A stretch of 43,502 nt of DNA, from the NCBI GenBank assembly GCA_963828465.1, contig CAWHEU010000001.1:1-43502 (forward strand), read 5' to 3'. Source of the stretch: an uncultured Acidobacteriota bacterium. Its GTDB lineage: Bacteria; Actinomycetota; Acidimicrobiia; Spongiisociales; ZC4RG35. Position 1 is the first letter of the stretch, and every line of letters begins with the position of its first letter. The notes beneath the pieces were generated by a model, which saw nothing but the letters and a program-made list of their open reading frames with translations, made no database searches and was not told the origin of the DNA. Below, piece by piece: positions 1-9,902 of the stretch. Both the position numbers and the translations under genes were made by a program.

Positions 1-1427
1 TCGCCGGCCACCACGTGTTCGCCAGTCGAAATCATGGAAGAGACCTTGCGGAGGGTCGAGGAGCGCGAGCCGAGTCTCAACGCCATCGTCTACCGGGGTT
101 TCGACGAGGCCATGGAATCGGCACGGTCGGCCGAGGAAGCTCTGGCCCAGGGACGGTCGGGTGGTCCTCTCCTTGGCGTGCCGGTCCTCATGAAGGATCT
201 CTTCGACTTCAAGCCGGGGTGGCCGGCCACCTTCGGAGGCATCCCGGCGATGTCCGAATTCTCGATCGATGGCTATTGCGTGTGGGCGGAGCGGATGGAA
301 GCGGCCGGCGCCATCATCATCGGGAAGGGCAACAGCCCGGCGATGGGTTTCAGGGGAGCTTGTGACAACTACCTCTTCGGACCGACCCGCAACCCCTTCG
401 ACACGACGCGGAATAGTGGCGGTTCCTCCGGAGGGTCGGCGGCCGCTGTCGCTGACGGGCTGGTCCCAATCGCCGAGGGCACCGACGGCGGGGGGGTGAT
501 CCGCATCCCGGCATCTTGGTGCGGCGTCGTGGGTTATCAACCTTCCGCCGGTCGTGTTCCCTCGATCCTGAGACCTAACGCATTCTCGGGCGTCTCTCCA
601 TTCATCTACGAGGGCCCGATCACGAGGACTGTGGCGGATGCCGCCCTGGCGATGAGCGTGCTCGGTGGCCCACATCCGGGGAACACCTACTGCGCCCTCG
701 ACACCGTCGATTCATGGCCGGTCTCGACAGCGGGATCGAAGGGTGGAACATCGCCTATTCGCCCGACCTCGGCGTCTAGCCGGTGCAGCGGACGTGGCGG
801 CCGTCGTGGAAGAGGCGGTCCGGGCGTCCGAGGAGGCCGGCCCGGGTGGTCGAGGTCGATCTCGAGATCGACATCGACCGGCGAGCTGGCCGACATGTGG
901 TGCGTCTCATCATGCCGCTCAGTCTCGATTCGTTCGCCAACCTGGCCGCTGGCGGGATCGACCTCCTGGGCGATCACCGCTCGGATCTACCGCCTGAGTT
1001 CCTGCGTTGGGCTGATCACGTGGCATCGATGACAGCGATGGAGTACTTCAACGACAATTCGATGCGCGCCCGCGTCTACGACGCCTTGCAGTCGGTCCTG
1101 GGCGAATACAACGTTTTGGTTTCGCCGACGCTGGCCTGCTTGCCCGTCGAGAACCTCGCCAATGGTGAGACTCGGGGCCCGGTCGTCATCGAGGGGGTGG
1201 AGGTCGACCCACTCATCGGGTGGTGCATGACCTACTTCACCAATTTCACCGGCCACCCTGCAATATCGCTCCCCGCAGGGCTGGCGTATGGGCTACCGGT
1301 GGGGATGCAGGTCATCGGAAGACGCGGCGCAGATCTCGACGTGCTCACCGCCGGCGCGGCCTTCGAACGGGTCAGACCTTGGGAGCAGATTTACCAGATC
1401 CCGGCCAACCGACCGCTCACGGTCTGA
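1..1427 (+). pseudogene. Amidase-signature family amidase, 5'-truncated by the window edge and frameshifted as assembled (likely sequencing errors)
   Basis: ORF 34..1032 has [18 protein letters not shown] and GTDGGGxIRIPAS. ORF 783..1427 has the amidase C-terminus (NFTGHPAISLPAG, GLPVGMQVIG). About five single-base deletions and a TAG at 777-779 lie between ~705 and ~905. Confidence 0.85.
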
Positions 1428-1445
1428 ACGTCGGTCTCGGGCCGA

Positions 1446-2441
1446 TCAAGGCTCTGTGACACGGGTGTAGGCCGCAGCCACGAAGATGATGAGCGCACCG
1501 AAGAGGATCTGACGGACCGCTTCCGGGTATCCCAATGAGGAGAGGATCGACGAGATGACAGTGAGGATCAGGGCGCCGATCATCGTCCCGCCGTACCCAC
1601 CGCGCCCACCCATGATGGAGGTCCCACCGATCACCGCGGCCGCAACCGACGGGAGCAGCGCCGTATCGGCAAGAGTGACGCTTGCCACGTTCGTCAGGCC
1701 CGAATAGAGAAAGCCGGCGACCCCGGCGAGAACCGCCGAGATCACATAGAGCACTATCAAGACCTGCCAGGAACGGGCGCCCGACAGCCTCGATGCGATT
1801 GGATTGTCTCCGATTGCATACAGGAGCCGCCCGTAGCCAGTCCGGTTGAGACCGAGGATGATGAGGATGGCCAGGGGCACGAACAGGAGCAGGCTCCTGG
1901 GCACGAACCCGAGGAATATCCCGGCGCCCAGATCTCTGAACTGATCCGGGACGCCCGACCCGGTCTGCACCATCTGTATCTGCCAGACGTTGGCAAAGCC
2001 GAGTACCACCAGGCTCATGCCCAGCGTCATGATCAGAGGGTGGACCCGGAAGATGCCGACTCCGATTCCGCTGATGAGACCGACGATTGCTGCCACCGCG
2101 AGAGCCACGAGGATGCCGGTGGCCAGACCAGGCCCGCCGACCAGCGTCGCCACGACGAAACCCGACATGGACGCCACCGCCCCGACCGAGAGATCGATGC
2201 CGCCAGTCAGCATCGTCATCGTCTGACAGCCCGCCAGTATCGCCAGCGGCACGGCAGCACGAACCATCACACCTGCCCAGTTCAGGTTGACGATCCCGGG
2301 GCGGATCAATTCGCTGACCACGACGAGATTGGCGAGCAGGCCGATCAAGGGGATGATCGGCCGCTCGCGGAAAAGGGCACGCAAGCCTGCGGTGGTCAGC
2401 CGCTTGGGCTTGGAGTCGGTCGTGGTCACGGTATCGGTCAT
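1446..2441 (-). CDS. Sugar ABC transporter permease (RbsC/BPD_transp_2)
   Basis: Hydrophobic; GGIDLSVGA, GRLLYAIGDNPIASRLSG and AAAVIGGTSIMGGRG motifs. Confidence 0.92.
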   Translation of the reverse strand: MTDTVTTTDSKPKRLTTAGLRALFRERPIIPLIGLLANLVVVSELIRPGIVNLNWAGVMVRAAVPLAILAGCQTMTMLTGGIDLSVGAVASMSGFVVATLVGGPGLATGILVALAVAAIVGLISGIGVGIFRVHPLIMTLGMSLVVLGFANVWQIQMVQTGSGVPDQFRDLGAGIFLGFVPRSLLLFVPLAILIILGLNRTGYGRLLYAIGDNPIASRLSGARSWQVLIVLYVISAVLAGVAGFLYSGLTNVASVTLADTALLPSVAAAVIGGTSIMGGRGGYGGTMIGALILTVISSILSSLGYPEAVRQILFGALIIFVAAAYTRVTEP

Positions 2442-3442
2442 GGCTCACGCTTCCGCAGTTGGAGCAGGCTCCCGACCATCACCACTCCCACGAGGATGAG
2501 CCCCTGGGCTACGGTCGCCAGATTGGTGTTGACGTTCAGGAACGTCATGTCGGTGCGGAGCAGGGACAGGATCACGACGGCGACGATCGGCCCGAAGACC
2601 CCGCCGCGGCCTCCCGCCAGGCTCACCCCGCCGAGCACGACGGCTGCGACGCTCAGGAGGGTGTAGGGCCCGGGAACCGGGGTGCCGATCCCCGTCGTGG
2701 CTGTGAGGGTGAGACCGGCGAAGGCAGAGAACAAACCAGTCAACGTGTAGGCGAAGATCTTGGTGCGCGCCACCGATACGCCGCTTCGATATGCCGCCAG
2801 TGGGTCGCTGCCGATTGCGTACAGCGACAGGCCGAGCCGCGATCTTCTGATCGGGATCCAGATCGCGGCGACGATCACCAGCAGCAGCAATGCTGCCTTC
2901 GGGATCCAGGCGCTGAGGATCGATCCTCCGGTCAGGCTCCGAAGCCACTCGGCCGATCCACCGCCGGGCGTGCCCAGCACGAGCAGGGCGCAGCCCGCCC
3001 ACACGAAGAGCATGGCCAGGGTGACGACGATGTCGGGCACGCGCGTCAGGACTATGAGGCTGCCATTCACCGCCCCGAGGACACACCCGAGCAGGAGCAC
3101 CCCGATGACGACCAGGACGGCGAACCCCTCGCTCCGCTCGTCCATGAGGGACGCCGAGATGACACTGGTCAGAGCCATCATCGACCCGACGGACAGATCG
3201 ATCCCACGGGCGATCACCGCAATCGCCTGGGCGACTGCGGCGAAGGCGAGCGGGAGCACGGAGATAGCCAGGCCTTGCACCCCGGCCGCGCCGTAGGACG
3301 GTTGGATGAGCCTCGTGACGACGAGGAGAACCAACAGGATACCGACCAGGCCCAGGGTCCAGCCGTGACGGCGGATCATCGACGCGAGCGCCGAACTCGT
3401 GCGTGCGGTCGTCTGGTCGGCCGTGTCGACGGTCGTGCTCAC
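2438..3442 (-). CDS. Second sugar ABC transporter permease (RbsC family)
   Basis: RGIDLSVGS, LYAIGSDPLAAYRSG and AAVVLGGVSLAGGRG motifs; 4-bp overlaps with both neighbours. Confidence 0.92.
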   Translation of the reverse strand: MSTTVDTADQTTARTSSALASMIRRHGWTLGLVGILLVLLVVTRLIQPSYGAAGVQGLAISVLPLAFAAVAQAIAVIARGIDLSVGSMMALTSVISASLMDERSEGFAVLVVIGVLLLGCVLGAVNGSLIVLTRVPDIVVTLAMLFVWAGCALLVLGTPGGGSAEWLRSLTGGSILSAWIPKAALLLLVIVAAIWIPIRRSRLGLSLYAIGSDPLAAYRSGVSVARTKIFAYTLTGLFSAFAGLTLTATTGIGTPVPGPYTLLSVAAVVLGGVSLAGGRGGVFGPIVAVVILSLLRTDMTFLNVNTNLATVAQGLILVGVVMVGSLLQLRKREP

Positions 3443-5025
3443 AGATCGCCCGCCTCGTCCAGCCCGGGCTCTTCGCGCGCGCCTTCGGCATCCTCCTCGG
3501 CAGCCACCGCCGCGGCGACCACTTCTTCGGGGAGGGGAGCGTCGGAGCGAAGGTTGTGGGCCGCCCGGAGCAGCGTTGCCTCGTCGGCATCCGATACGTC
3601 TATCTCTGCCACGACTTCGCCGCCGAAGATCACGATCGCTCGGTCGCAGGCGAGCTGGATCTCACTGAGCTCCGAGGTGTAGAGCAGGACGGCGGCGCCT
3701 GCTTCCGCCAGGTCCCGCAGCAACAGATACACCTGGTGCTTGGTGCGGATATCGATCCCACGTGTTGGGTCGAAGCACAACATCGTCTGCACCCCGCCGG
3801 CGACCCACCGGGCGATCGTGACCTTCTGCTGGTTGCCGCCGGAGAGGAGGCGGACCTCCTTCTGTGCCCTGGTGTCGATTTGCAGCGTGTCGATCGCCTT
3901 GTCGACCTTGGGTTTCTCCTTGCTTCTCCGAATCGGCCCCCACCCGGAAATCGGCGCACTGAACGGCAATGCGATGTTCTCCCGCACCGAGCGTTGCATG
4001 AGCAGGGCCTCTGCCCGATCGGCGGGAACGAAGACGATTCCGGCGCGGATCGCGTCCGCCGGGTGCCGGAAAGAGACGGATCGCCCGTCGACGAGGACTT
4101 CTCCCGTGCTGGCGTGCTCTGATCCGGCGAGGATGTCGAAGAGCTCATCCTGGCCTTGGCCCTCCAGAGCCACGAGCCCGACAACCTCTCCGGCGCGGAC
4201 GTCGAACGAGACATCGCGAAGACGGCCGGACGACCCGAGACTGCGGACTTCTAGCCGCGGAACCTCGTCCTGTTGCGATGCCAGCGCCGCCCGCTCTGTC
4301 CGTTCCGGCATCTCTCCGACGGCCTCGCCGAGCATCAGCTCGACGATCCGGTCCGCGGAGTCGGCGGAGATGTCGACCACCCCCACGGTCACTCCCTCCC
4401 GCAGAACGGTGGCCCGGTCGCAGACTGATGCGATCTCGGTCATCCGATGTGAGATGAAGATGATGCTGCCTTCGCCGCCGCGCTGGCCGGCAACCACCTC
4501 GAGCACGCTCTCGGTGAGGTTGGCCGGGAGCGCTGCGGTGATCTCATCGAGCATGAGCACGTCTGGACGGATGGCCAGGGCGCGGGCGAGATCGATGATC
4601 CTCAGGGTGGCGAGCGGCAGGTCTCGCGCCATCCTCGACAGGTCGAGCTTTCCCAGGCCGAGCTGGCGCACCCAGTCGCGAAACGGCTCGAGTGGTGTCT
4701 CGGTGAGCCGCAGGTTGGAGGAGATGTCGAGGTCGGGGATCAGAGCCGGCTCCTGGTAGACCGAGACCAGGCCGCCCCGGCGAGCCTCGGCCGGGGAATG
4801 TGCCATGCGCTCCTTGCCCCTAACCGTGATCGTGCCCTCGTCCGGGCGGACTGCGCCTGTCAGGACCTTGACCAGGGTGCTCTTGCCGGCACCGTTCGCC
4901 CCCATCAATGCGTGCGCCTCGCCGGGTCGCACACGGAGCGAGGCAGACTTCAGTGCGACGACGGCGCCGTATCGCTTCGAGACATCGGATGCCTCGAGCA
5001 GGTACCCGTTGGTGCTTGCCGTCAT
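3439..5025 (-). CDS. Sugar ABC transporter ATP-binding protein (RbsA/MglA type, two NBDs)
   Basis: Walker A GANGAGKST, Walker B LMLDE, ISH and LSGGNQQK. Start placed at ATG 5025 because 5050-5083 is a hairpin. Confidence 0.92.
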   Translation of the reverse strand: MTASTNGYLLEASDVSKRYGAVVALKSASLRVRPGEAHALMGANGAGKSTLVKVLTGAVRPDEGTITVRGKERMAHSPAEARRGGLVSVYQEPALIPDLDISSNLRLTETPLEPFRDWVRQLGLGKLDLSRMARDLPLATLRIIDLARALAIRPDVLMLDEITAALPANLTESVLEVVAGQRGGEGSIIFISHRMTEIASVCDRATVLREGVTVGVVDISADSADRIVELMLGEAVGEMPERTERAALASQQDEVPRLEVRSLGSSGRLRDVSFDVRAGEVVGLVALEGQGQDELFDILAGSEHASTGEVLVDGRSVSFRHPADAIRAGIVFVPADRAEALLMQRSVRENIALPFSAPISGWGPIRRSKEKPKVDKAIDTLQIDTRAQKEVRLLSGGNQQKVTIARWVAGGVQTMLCFDPTRGIDIRTKHQVYLLLRDLAEAGAAVLLYTSELSEIQLACDRAIVIFGGEVVAEIDVSDADEATLLRAAHNLRSDAPLPEEVVAAAVAAEEDAEGAREEPGLDEAGDL

Positions 5026-5049
5026 CGTTTCGATCGCAGAGTCCTCATA

Positions 5050-5083
5050 AGCAGATGCGCCGGGCAAGGCCGGCGCATCTGCT
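5050..5083 (-). terminator. Intra-operon stem-loop after the binding-protein gene (mRNA stabiliser or partial terminator)
   Basis: Perfect 14-bp inverted repeat AGCAGATGCGCCGG-N6-CCGGCGCATCTGCT; no U-tract. Confidence 0.7.
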
Positions 5084-5103
5084 CGTCTATGGCTAGTTGT
5101 TGG

Positions 5104-6303
5104 TTACTCGCCGGGGCCGAGGCAGGCCACGGCCTGCTCCGGGGTGTACGTGGTCCAGCCCTCGATGGTCAGACCGAGTGGCCACAGCGGGTCGAGACCG
5201 TCGACCTGCCATGACTCGAGCGTGGCCCGTCCATCATCGCTGACGTTGTCTGCCAGCACCGGGTCGAGCAGCACCGTGTTGGGTTGAGCAGCGTCCGCTG
5301 CTGTCTCCACGGTCTCCCCGTTGAGCAGCTTCAGAGCCAGGTTGACCCCGGCTCCGCCAACTGCCGCGGTGTTGGTCACCGCCGAGCCTTCGAGGCCGGC
5401 AAACCCCTCGGAGTCGAGGAGCTGGGTGACATACGCGCCGAGGTCGGCACCGACGATCGGGACGAACTCGAGGTTGGCCTGCTGGACGGCGTCGACGACC
5501 TGCGAGTCCATGCCCGAGGTCCAGATGCCGTTGGTGTCCCCGTACTGACCACTGGCGATCCAGTCGTTGATCAGCTGGGTCGTGGTGGCCGGGTCCCAAC
5601 CAGTGTGCTCACCGTCGATGCTCGGGATCACCGTGATACCCGGGTAGTTCTCCAGCGCCTGCTGGAACCCGGTGTGACGGTCGGTATCAGCTGGGTGACC
5701 GGCGAAGCCACGCATGTAATACACGTTGCCCTCCCCACCCATCTGCTCGAACAACCACTCCGCACCGAGACGTGCGTACTCGATCTGGTTGTTGTAGAGG
5801 TTGTAGGTGCCCTCGTGCGTGACGAACGCGTCGACCGAGACCGTCGGGATCCCGGCTGCTGCTGCTTCGTCGAGTGCTGGGTTGAGCGCCTCGGGGTCGT
5901 TCGGGTTGAACACGATCGCGTCGACGTCGGCCGCGATCAGGTCGCGGATGTCCGCGAGCTGGCCGGCGGCGTCCGTGTTGCGATGGATCTGGTTCAACTC
6001 GGTGACCTGACCGGATGCCAGGGCCTCTGCCTTCGCCGTGCACACCTGCTCCTCACGGAAACCGTTGCCCACGCCGCCACCGTTCGAATATCCGATGACG
6101 AAGCCCTCGCCCGCCGCTGCGGTGGTCTCGGTGCTCCCTGCTGTAGTAGTGGGTTCCGCTGCGGCCGTGGTGTCCGGGGCGGCGGTGGTGTCTGAACCCT
6201 CGGCCAGGGTCGTGTCAGAACCCGAGCCATCTCCACAGGCGACGGCGATCATGGCAATCGCCATAACCGCCACCAACCTCTTGAACCATTGGTGTTTGGT
6301 CAT
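5104..6303 (-). CDS. Sugar ABC transporter substrate-binding lipoprotein (Peripla_BP_4 type)
   Basis: Lipobox IAVAC, Thr/Ala-rich linker (GSDTT repeats), QLADIRDLIAADVDAIVFNP; AGGAG RBS upstream. Confidence 0.9.
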   Translation of the reverse strand: MTKHQWFKRLVAVMAIAMIAVACGDGSGSDTTLAEGSDTTAAPDTTAAAEPTTTAGSTETTAAAGEGFVIGYSNGGGVGNGFREEQVCTAKAEALASGQVTELNQIHRNTDAAGQLADIRDLIAADVDAIVFNPNDPEALNPALDEAAAAGIPTVSVDAFVTHEGTYNLYNNQIEYARLGAEWLFEQMGGEGNVYYMRGFAGHPADTDRHTGFQQALENYPGITVIPSIDGEHTGWDPATTTQLINDWIASGQYGDTNGIWTSGMDSQVVDAVQQANLEFVPIVGADLGAYVTQLLDSEGFAGLEGSAVTNTAAVGGAGVNLALKLLNGETVETAADAAQPNTVLLDPVLADNVSDDGRATLESWQVDGLDPLWPLGLTIEGWTTYTPEQAVACLGPGE

Positions 6304-6410
6304 AAATGAACTCCTCCTAAGTGGTGCCCGAAGGCGTGCGGGAGTGTGTCATACGCAATAGCGGATGTCCACTCACCCGATGTGGCGAATCGTACCGATC
6401 GGCCCGGGTA

Positions 6411-6426
6411 TGGCAAACGTTCTCAT
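6411..6426. promoter_or_regulatory. Possible LacI-family operator
   Basis: TGGCAAACGTTCTCAT, a CG-centred imperfect palindrome in a divergent intergenic region. Confidence 0.35.
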
Positions 6427-6503
6427 CACCCCCGTACGTCCCGGCGAATCGCTTGGGGTCATTGCTTATCCTTCCCGCTCGGATTCGCGTCGAGTGGAGG
6501 TTC

Positions 6504-7658
6504 ATGAGCCCGAGCGAGATCAAGGCCGGAGTGGTGGGGATCGGCTTCATCGGGGTGGCACACGTCGAGGCTTTGCGTCGTCTTGGCGTCGAGGTGGCCG
6601 GTGTGGTCGGCTCTTCGCCGGAGCGCACCCGGCCCAAGGCCGATGCCATAGGCGTCGGCCGGGTGTACGACAGCGTCGAGGGGATGGCCGCCGATCCGTC
6701 GATCGACGTCATTCACATCGCTAGCCCCAATTACGCCCACGCCGAACAGGCACGCGCAGTCCTTGCCGCCGGCAAACACGTTGTCTGTGAGAAACCGCTC
6801 GCGGTCACCTCGGAGGACACCGCCGATCTCGTGGCACTTGCCGCCGATTCCGGGTTGGTCAACGCGGTCTGCTTCAACATTCGGTTCTATCCAGCCAATC
6901 ACCAGGCAATGGCGATGGTGGCCAATGGTGACATCGGCGAGCCTCGCTTCATCACTGGCTCCTATCACCAGGACTGGCTGCTGCGCGAGACCGACTGGAA
7001 CTGGCGTCTCCAACCCGAGGAAGCGGGAGGGCTCCGGGCGGTGGCCGACATCGGCTCGCACTGGCTCGACCTCAGCCGATTCGTGTCCGGTCGGCGCGTA
7101 GTGGAGGTCATGGCCGACCTCCACACCCTCGTGCCCGTTCGACGGCATCCCTCAGGACCGGTCGAGACATTCGCGGCGGTCGCAGATGCCGAGGACCTTG
7201 TTTCAGAGAAGATGAGCAGCGACGATGCCGCCGCCGTCCTCCTCCGTTACGAGGATGGCGCCCGTGGGGCGGTCACGATCTCTCAGGTCTCGGCGGGACA
7301 GAAGAACTCTGTCCGCTATGAGATCGCCGGGTCCGAGTCGGCGATCCGCTGGCTGTCCGCCAACCCGGACGACCTGTTCATCGGTCACCGGGGTCGACCG
7401 AACGAGGTGCTCAGCCGCGATCCCGGTCTCTATTCACCTGGGGCCGCCGGCCTGGTGGCGTATCCCGGTGGTCATGTTGAGGGCTTTCCCGATACGTTTC
7501 GAGCCCTCTTCTCTCAGGTCTACGCGGATGTGGCCAATGGATCGCCCGCAGCGGCACCGACCTATCCGACGTTTGCCGATGGCCACGACGCGGTCCTGGT
7601 GACCGACGCGATCACCCAAAGTCACGAGACCCAACAATGGAGACCTGTTCGACGATGA
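6504..7658 (+). CDS. Gfo/Idh/MocA family NAD(P)-dependent oxidoreductase
   Basis: GVVGIGFIG Rossmann motif, VCEKP, ADIGSHW; GGAGG RBS before ATG 6504. Confidence 0.92.
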   Translation: MSPSEIKAGVVGIGFIGVAHVEALRRLGVEVAGVVGSSPERTRPKADAIGVGRVYDSVEGMAADPSIDVIHIASPNYAHAEQARAVLAAGKHVVCEKPLAVTSEDTADLVALAADSGLVNAVCFNIRFYPANHQAMAMVANGDIGEPRFITGSYHQDWLLRETDWNWRLQPEEAGGLRAVADIGSHWLDLSRFVSGRRVVEVMADLHTLVPVRRHPSGPVETFAAVADAEDLVSEKMSSDDAAAVLLRYEDGARGAVTISQVSAGQKNSVRYEIAGSESAIRWLSANPDDLFIGHRGRPNEVLSRDPGLYSPGAAGLVAYPGGHVEGFPDTFRALFSQVYADVANGSPAAAPTYPTFADGHDAVLVTDAITQSHETQQWRPVRR

Positions 7659-7668
7659 GGAGGAAGAC

Positions 7669-8583
7669 ATGAAGCTGGGACTGCTCACCGCACCATTTCC
7701 GGAGACGCCGCTCGACGAGGTCGTGGACTGGACCGTCGACAACGGGTTCACCACGATCGAGATCGCCTGCTGGCCGGCATCGAGTGGTGACACCCGCCGC
7801 TACGCGGGGACGAGTCATATCGATGTCGACGGCATCTCCGATGCCCGCGCCGGCGAGATCGCCGACAGCGTCACGGGGCGTGGTCTCGAGATCTCGGGCC
7901 TCGGCTACTACCCGAACCCGCTGAGCCCGGACGCCGAGCACCAGCGGATGGTGATCGACCACCTGAAGAAAGTGATCGTTGCCGCCGGCAAGATGAATGT
8001 CCCAGTCGTCAACACCTTCATCGGCGCCGATCACACCAAGACACAGGACGAGAACTGGGAAGACGCCACAAGGGTCTGGCCCGAGATCATCTCCTCGGCG
8101 GACGAGAACGGTGTCAGGATCGCAATCGAGAACTGCCCGATGATCTTCTCCAAGGACGAGTGGCCGTCGGGGCACAACCTGGCCTACAACCCCCGGATCT
8201 GGCGCCGGATGTTCGAGGAGTTCGGCGAGACGATCGGTCTCAACTTCGACCCGTCGCACCTGGTCTGGCTGATGATCGACATCGAGCAGGCCATCGAGGA
8301 ATTCGGCTCCCGCTTCTATCACTTCCAGGCCAAGGACGTGATGATCGACTACGGCGGTCTCTATGAGAACGGAAGCTTGTCATCTGGCATCGGATGGCAG
8401 GTTCCCCGGCTTCCCGGTCTCGGGCACGTCGATTGGGGTGTCGTCTTCTCGGCGCTCTACCGCGTCGGCTACGACGGCCCGATAATCATCGAGCACGAGG
8501 ATCGTGGGTTCGAGGCCACCGACGAGTTGGTGAAGCGGGGCTTCCTCCTGGCCAGGGACGTACTCAGCCCGTACGTCCACTGA
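7669..8583 (+). CDS. Sugar phosphate isomerase/epimerase-like TIM barrel (AP_endonuc_2/IolE-like)
   Basis: IAIENCP, LNFDPSH, QAKD, PGLGHVDW and IIEHED motifs; GAGGAGG RBS. Confidence 0.88.
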   Translation: MKLGLLTAPFPETPLDEVVDWTVDNGFTTIEIACWPASSGDTRRYAGTSHIDVDGISDARAGEIADSVTGRGLEISGLGYYPNPLSPDAEHQRMVIDHLKKVIVAAGKMNVPVVNTFIGADHTKTQDENWEDATRVWPEIISSADENGVRIAIENCPMIFSKDEWPSGHNLAYNPRIWRRMFEEFGETIGLNFDPSHLVWLMIDIEQAIEEFGSRFYHFQAKDVMIDYGGLYENGSLSSGIGWQVPRLPGLGHVDWGVVFSALYRVGYDGPIIIEHEDRGFEATDELVKRGFLLARDVLSPYVH

Positions 8584-8584
8584 C

Positions 8585-9781
8585 CTACTCGCTGGTGACC
8601 AGGTCGAAGATCTCGCCGGTCTCCTTGTTGGACAGCATGAGTTTCACCCGGCCGTCGGGAAGGATCTCTCGCTTGACGATCGAGTGGCCGTCGTGCGTGC
8701 CGGCCTTCTTCTCGATCCGGCCCGTGGTCCCGCCCCGCCACTCGATGTCGACCGGCTCCCACTGTCGTGATCGCGCCGAGCGATACGCCGCGTCCATGAC
8801 AGCGTTCACGATGTAGCCGTCATAGAAGGTCTCCCGTGGCTCGCGACCCTGGTCCATCGCGTCGAACATGTCGGTGAACATGTTGGCGTACCCGAACTCA
8901 CTGACCTCATCGCCAACAGCGAAGACCCACCCCTCGGTGGATTCGATCTTCTCCGCCACATAGCGGTCACCGCTGCCGGAGGTGTACATCTCGTATCCGG
9001 TCCGGAGGAAGTGATTGAGCCAGATCGTGCCCTCGGTGCCGGCGATCTCGTCTCGCAGGTCCAGCCCACCCCGAAAGGTCCAGGAGACCTCGAATTGGCC
9101 GAGGGCGCCCGATTCGAACCTGATCAGCGCGACCGCGTTGTCCTCTGCCTCGATTGGGTGGACCAGAGTGTCGCTCCATGCCATGACCTCCACGGGGCGG
9201 TTTCCCTTGCCCACGTACGTGCGGATGACCTCGATGCAGTGACACCCGAGATCGACGATCGCTCCGCCGCCTGCCTTCTCCTTGTCCCAGAACCAGGCGC
9301 TGTGAGGACCGGGGTGGGTCTCACGGGATCGGGCCCAGGTCACGTCGCCGATCCCTCCGGATTCGATCGTCTCGACGGCCTTCATGGCCTTCGGCGTATA
9401 ACAGAGGTCTTCGAGATAGCCGGCGAACACGCCGGCCGACTCCACCTTGTCCAGGATGCGCCGGGCCTCCTCGGCGTTGCGGGCGAGGGGCTTGGTGCAG
9501 AGCACAGCCTTTCCGGCGTCGGCCGCGGCAACGATGACCTCCTCGTGGAGGAAGTTGGGCAGGCCCACCACCACCGTGTCGGTCTCATCGTGGTTGATCG
9601 CCTCTTCGATGGAGGTCGTATAAGCGGGGATGTCCCAGCGATCGCTGAAGACCCGGGCCCGCTCGTCGGATTGTGAAAAGACGATGCCCACCCGGTCGCG
9701 GCTTCGCTGGCTGTGGAGCGTCATCGTGTAGAAGTCCCCGATGAGACCGGTGCCGAGCATTGCGACGTTGTGAGATTTCAT
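8585..9781 (-). CDS. Gfo/Idh/MocA family oxidoreductase
   Basis: LGTGLIG, LCTKPL (T in place of the usual E), [11 protein letters not shown]; GGAGG RBS upstream of ATG 9781. Confidence 0.9.
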   Translation of the reverse strand: MKSHNVAMLGTGLIGDFYTMTLHSQRSRDRVGIVFSQSDERARVFSDRWDIPAYTTSIEEAINHDETDTVVVGLPNFLHEEVIVAAADAGKAVLCTKPLARNAEEARRILDKVESAGVFAGYLEDLCYTPKAMKAVETIESGGIGDVTWARSRETHPGPHSAWFWDKEKAGGGAIVDLGCHCIEVIRTYVGKGNRPVEVMAWSDTLVHPIEAEDNAVALIRFESGALGQFEVSWTFRGGLDLRDEIAGTEGTIWLNHFLRTGYEMYTSGSGDRYVAEKIESTEGWVFAVGDEVSEFGYANMFTDMFDAMDQGREPRETFYDGYIVNAVMDAAYRSARSRQWEPVDIEWRGGTTGRIEKKAGTHDGHSIVKREILPDGRVKLMLSNKETGEIFDLVTSE

Positions 9782-9810
9782 TGGCCCTGGTCCTCCGGTT
9801 CGAATGTCTC

Positions 9811-9873
9811 TGCAACGTATCAGGGACTGCCGGAGCGAAATACAGTGCTTGAGTGGCTGTGCAATCGATGGCG
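9811..9873. promoter_or_regulatory. Two LacI-like operator candidates in the divergent promoter region
   Basis: TGCAACGTATCA (9811-9822) and TGCAATCGATGGCG (9860-9873), both CG-centred imperfect palindromes. Confidence 0.4.
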
Positions 9874-9902
9874 GCTCCGCCTCACGAGGAAAGGACAGGC
9901 TC

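Noticed and set aside
777-779. In-frame TAG as stop-codon recoding (pyrrolysine or alternative code)
   Set aside because: It sits within an indel-rich error cluster, and TAG serves as a normal stop for several genes in the window.
6100-6225. GSDTT/PDTT repeats in the binding protein
   Set aside because: This is an ordinary low-complexity lipoprotein tether.
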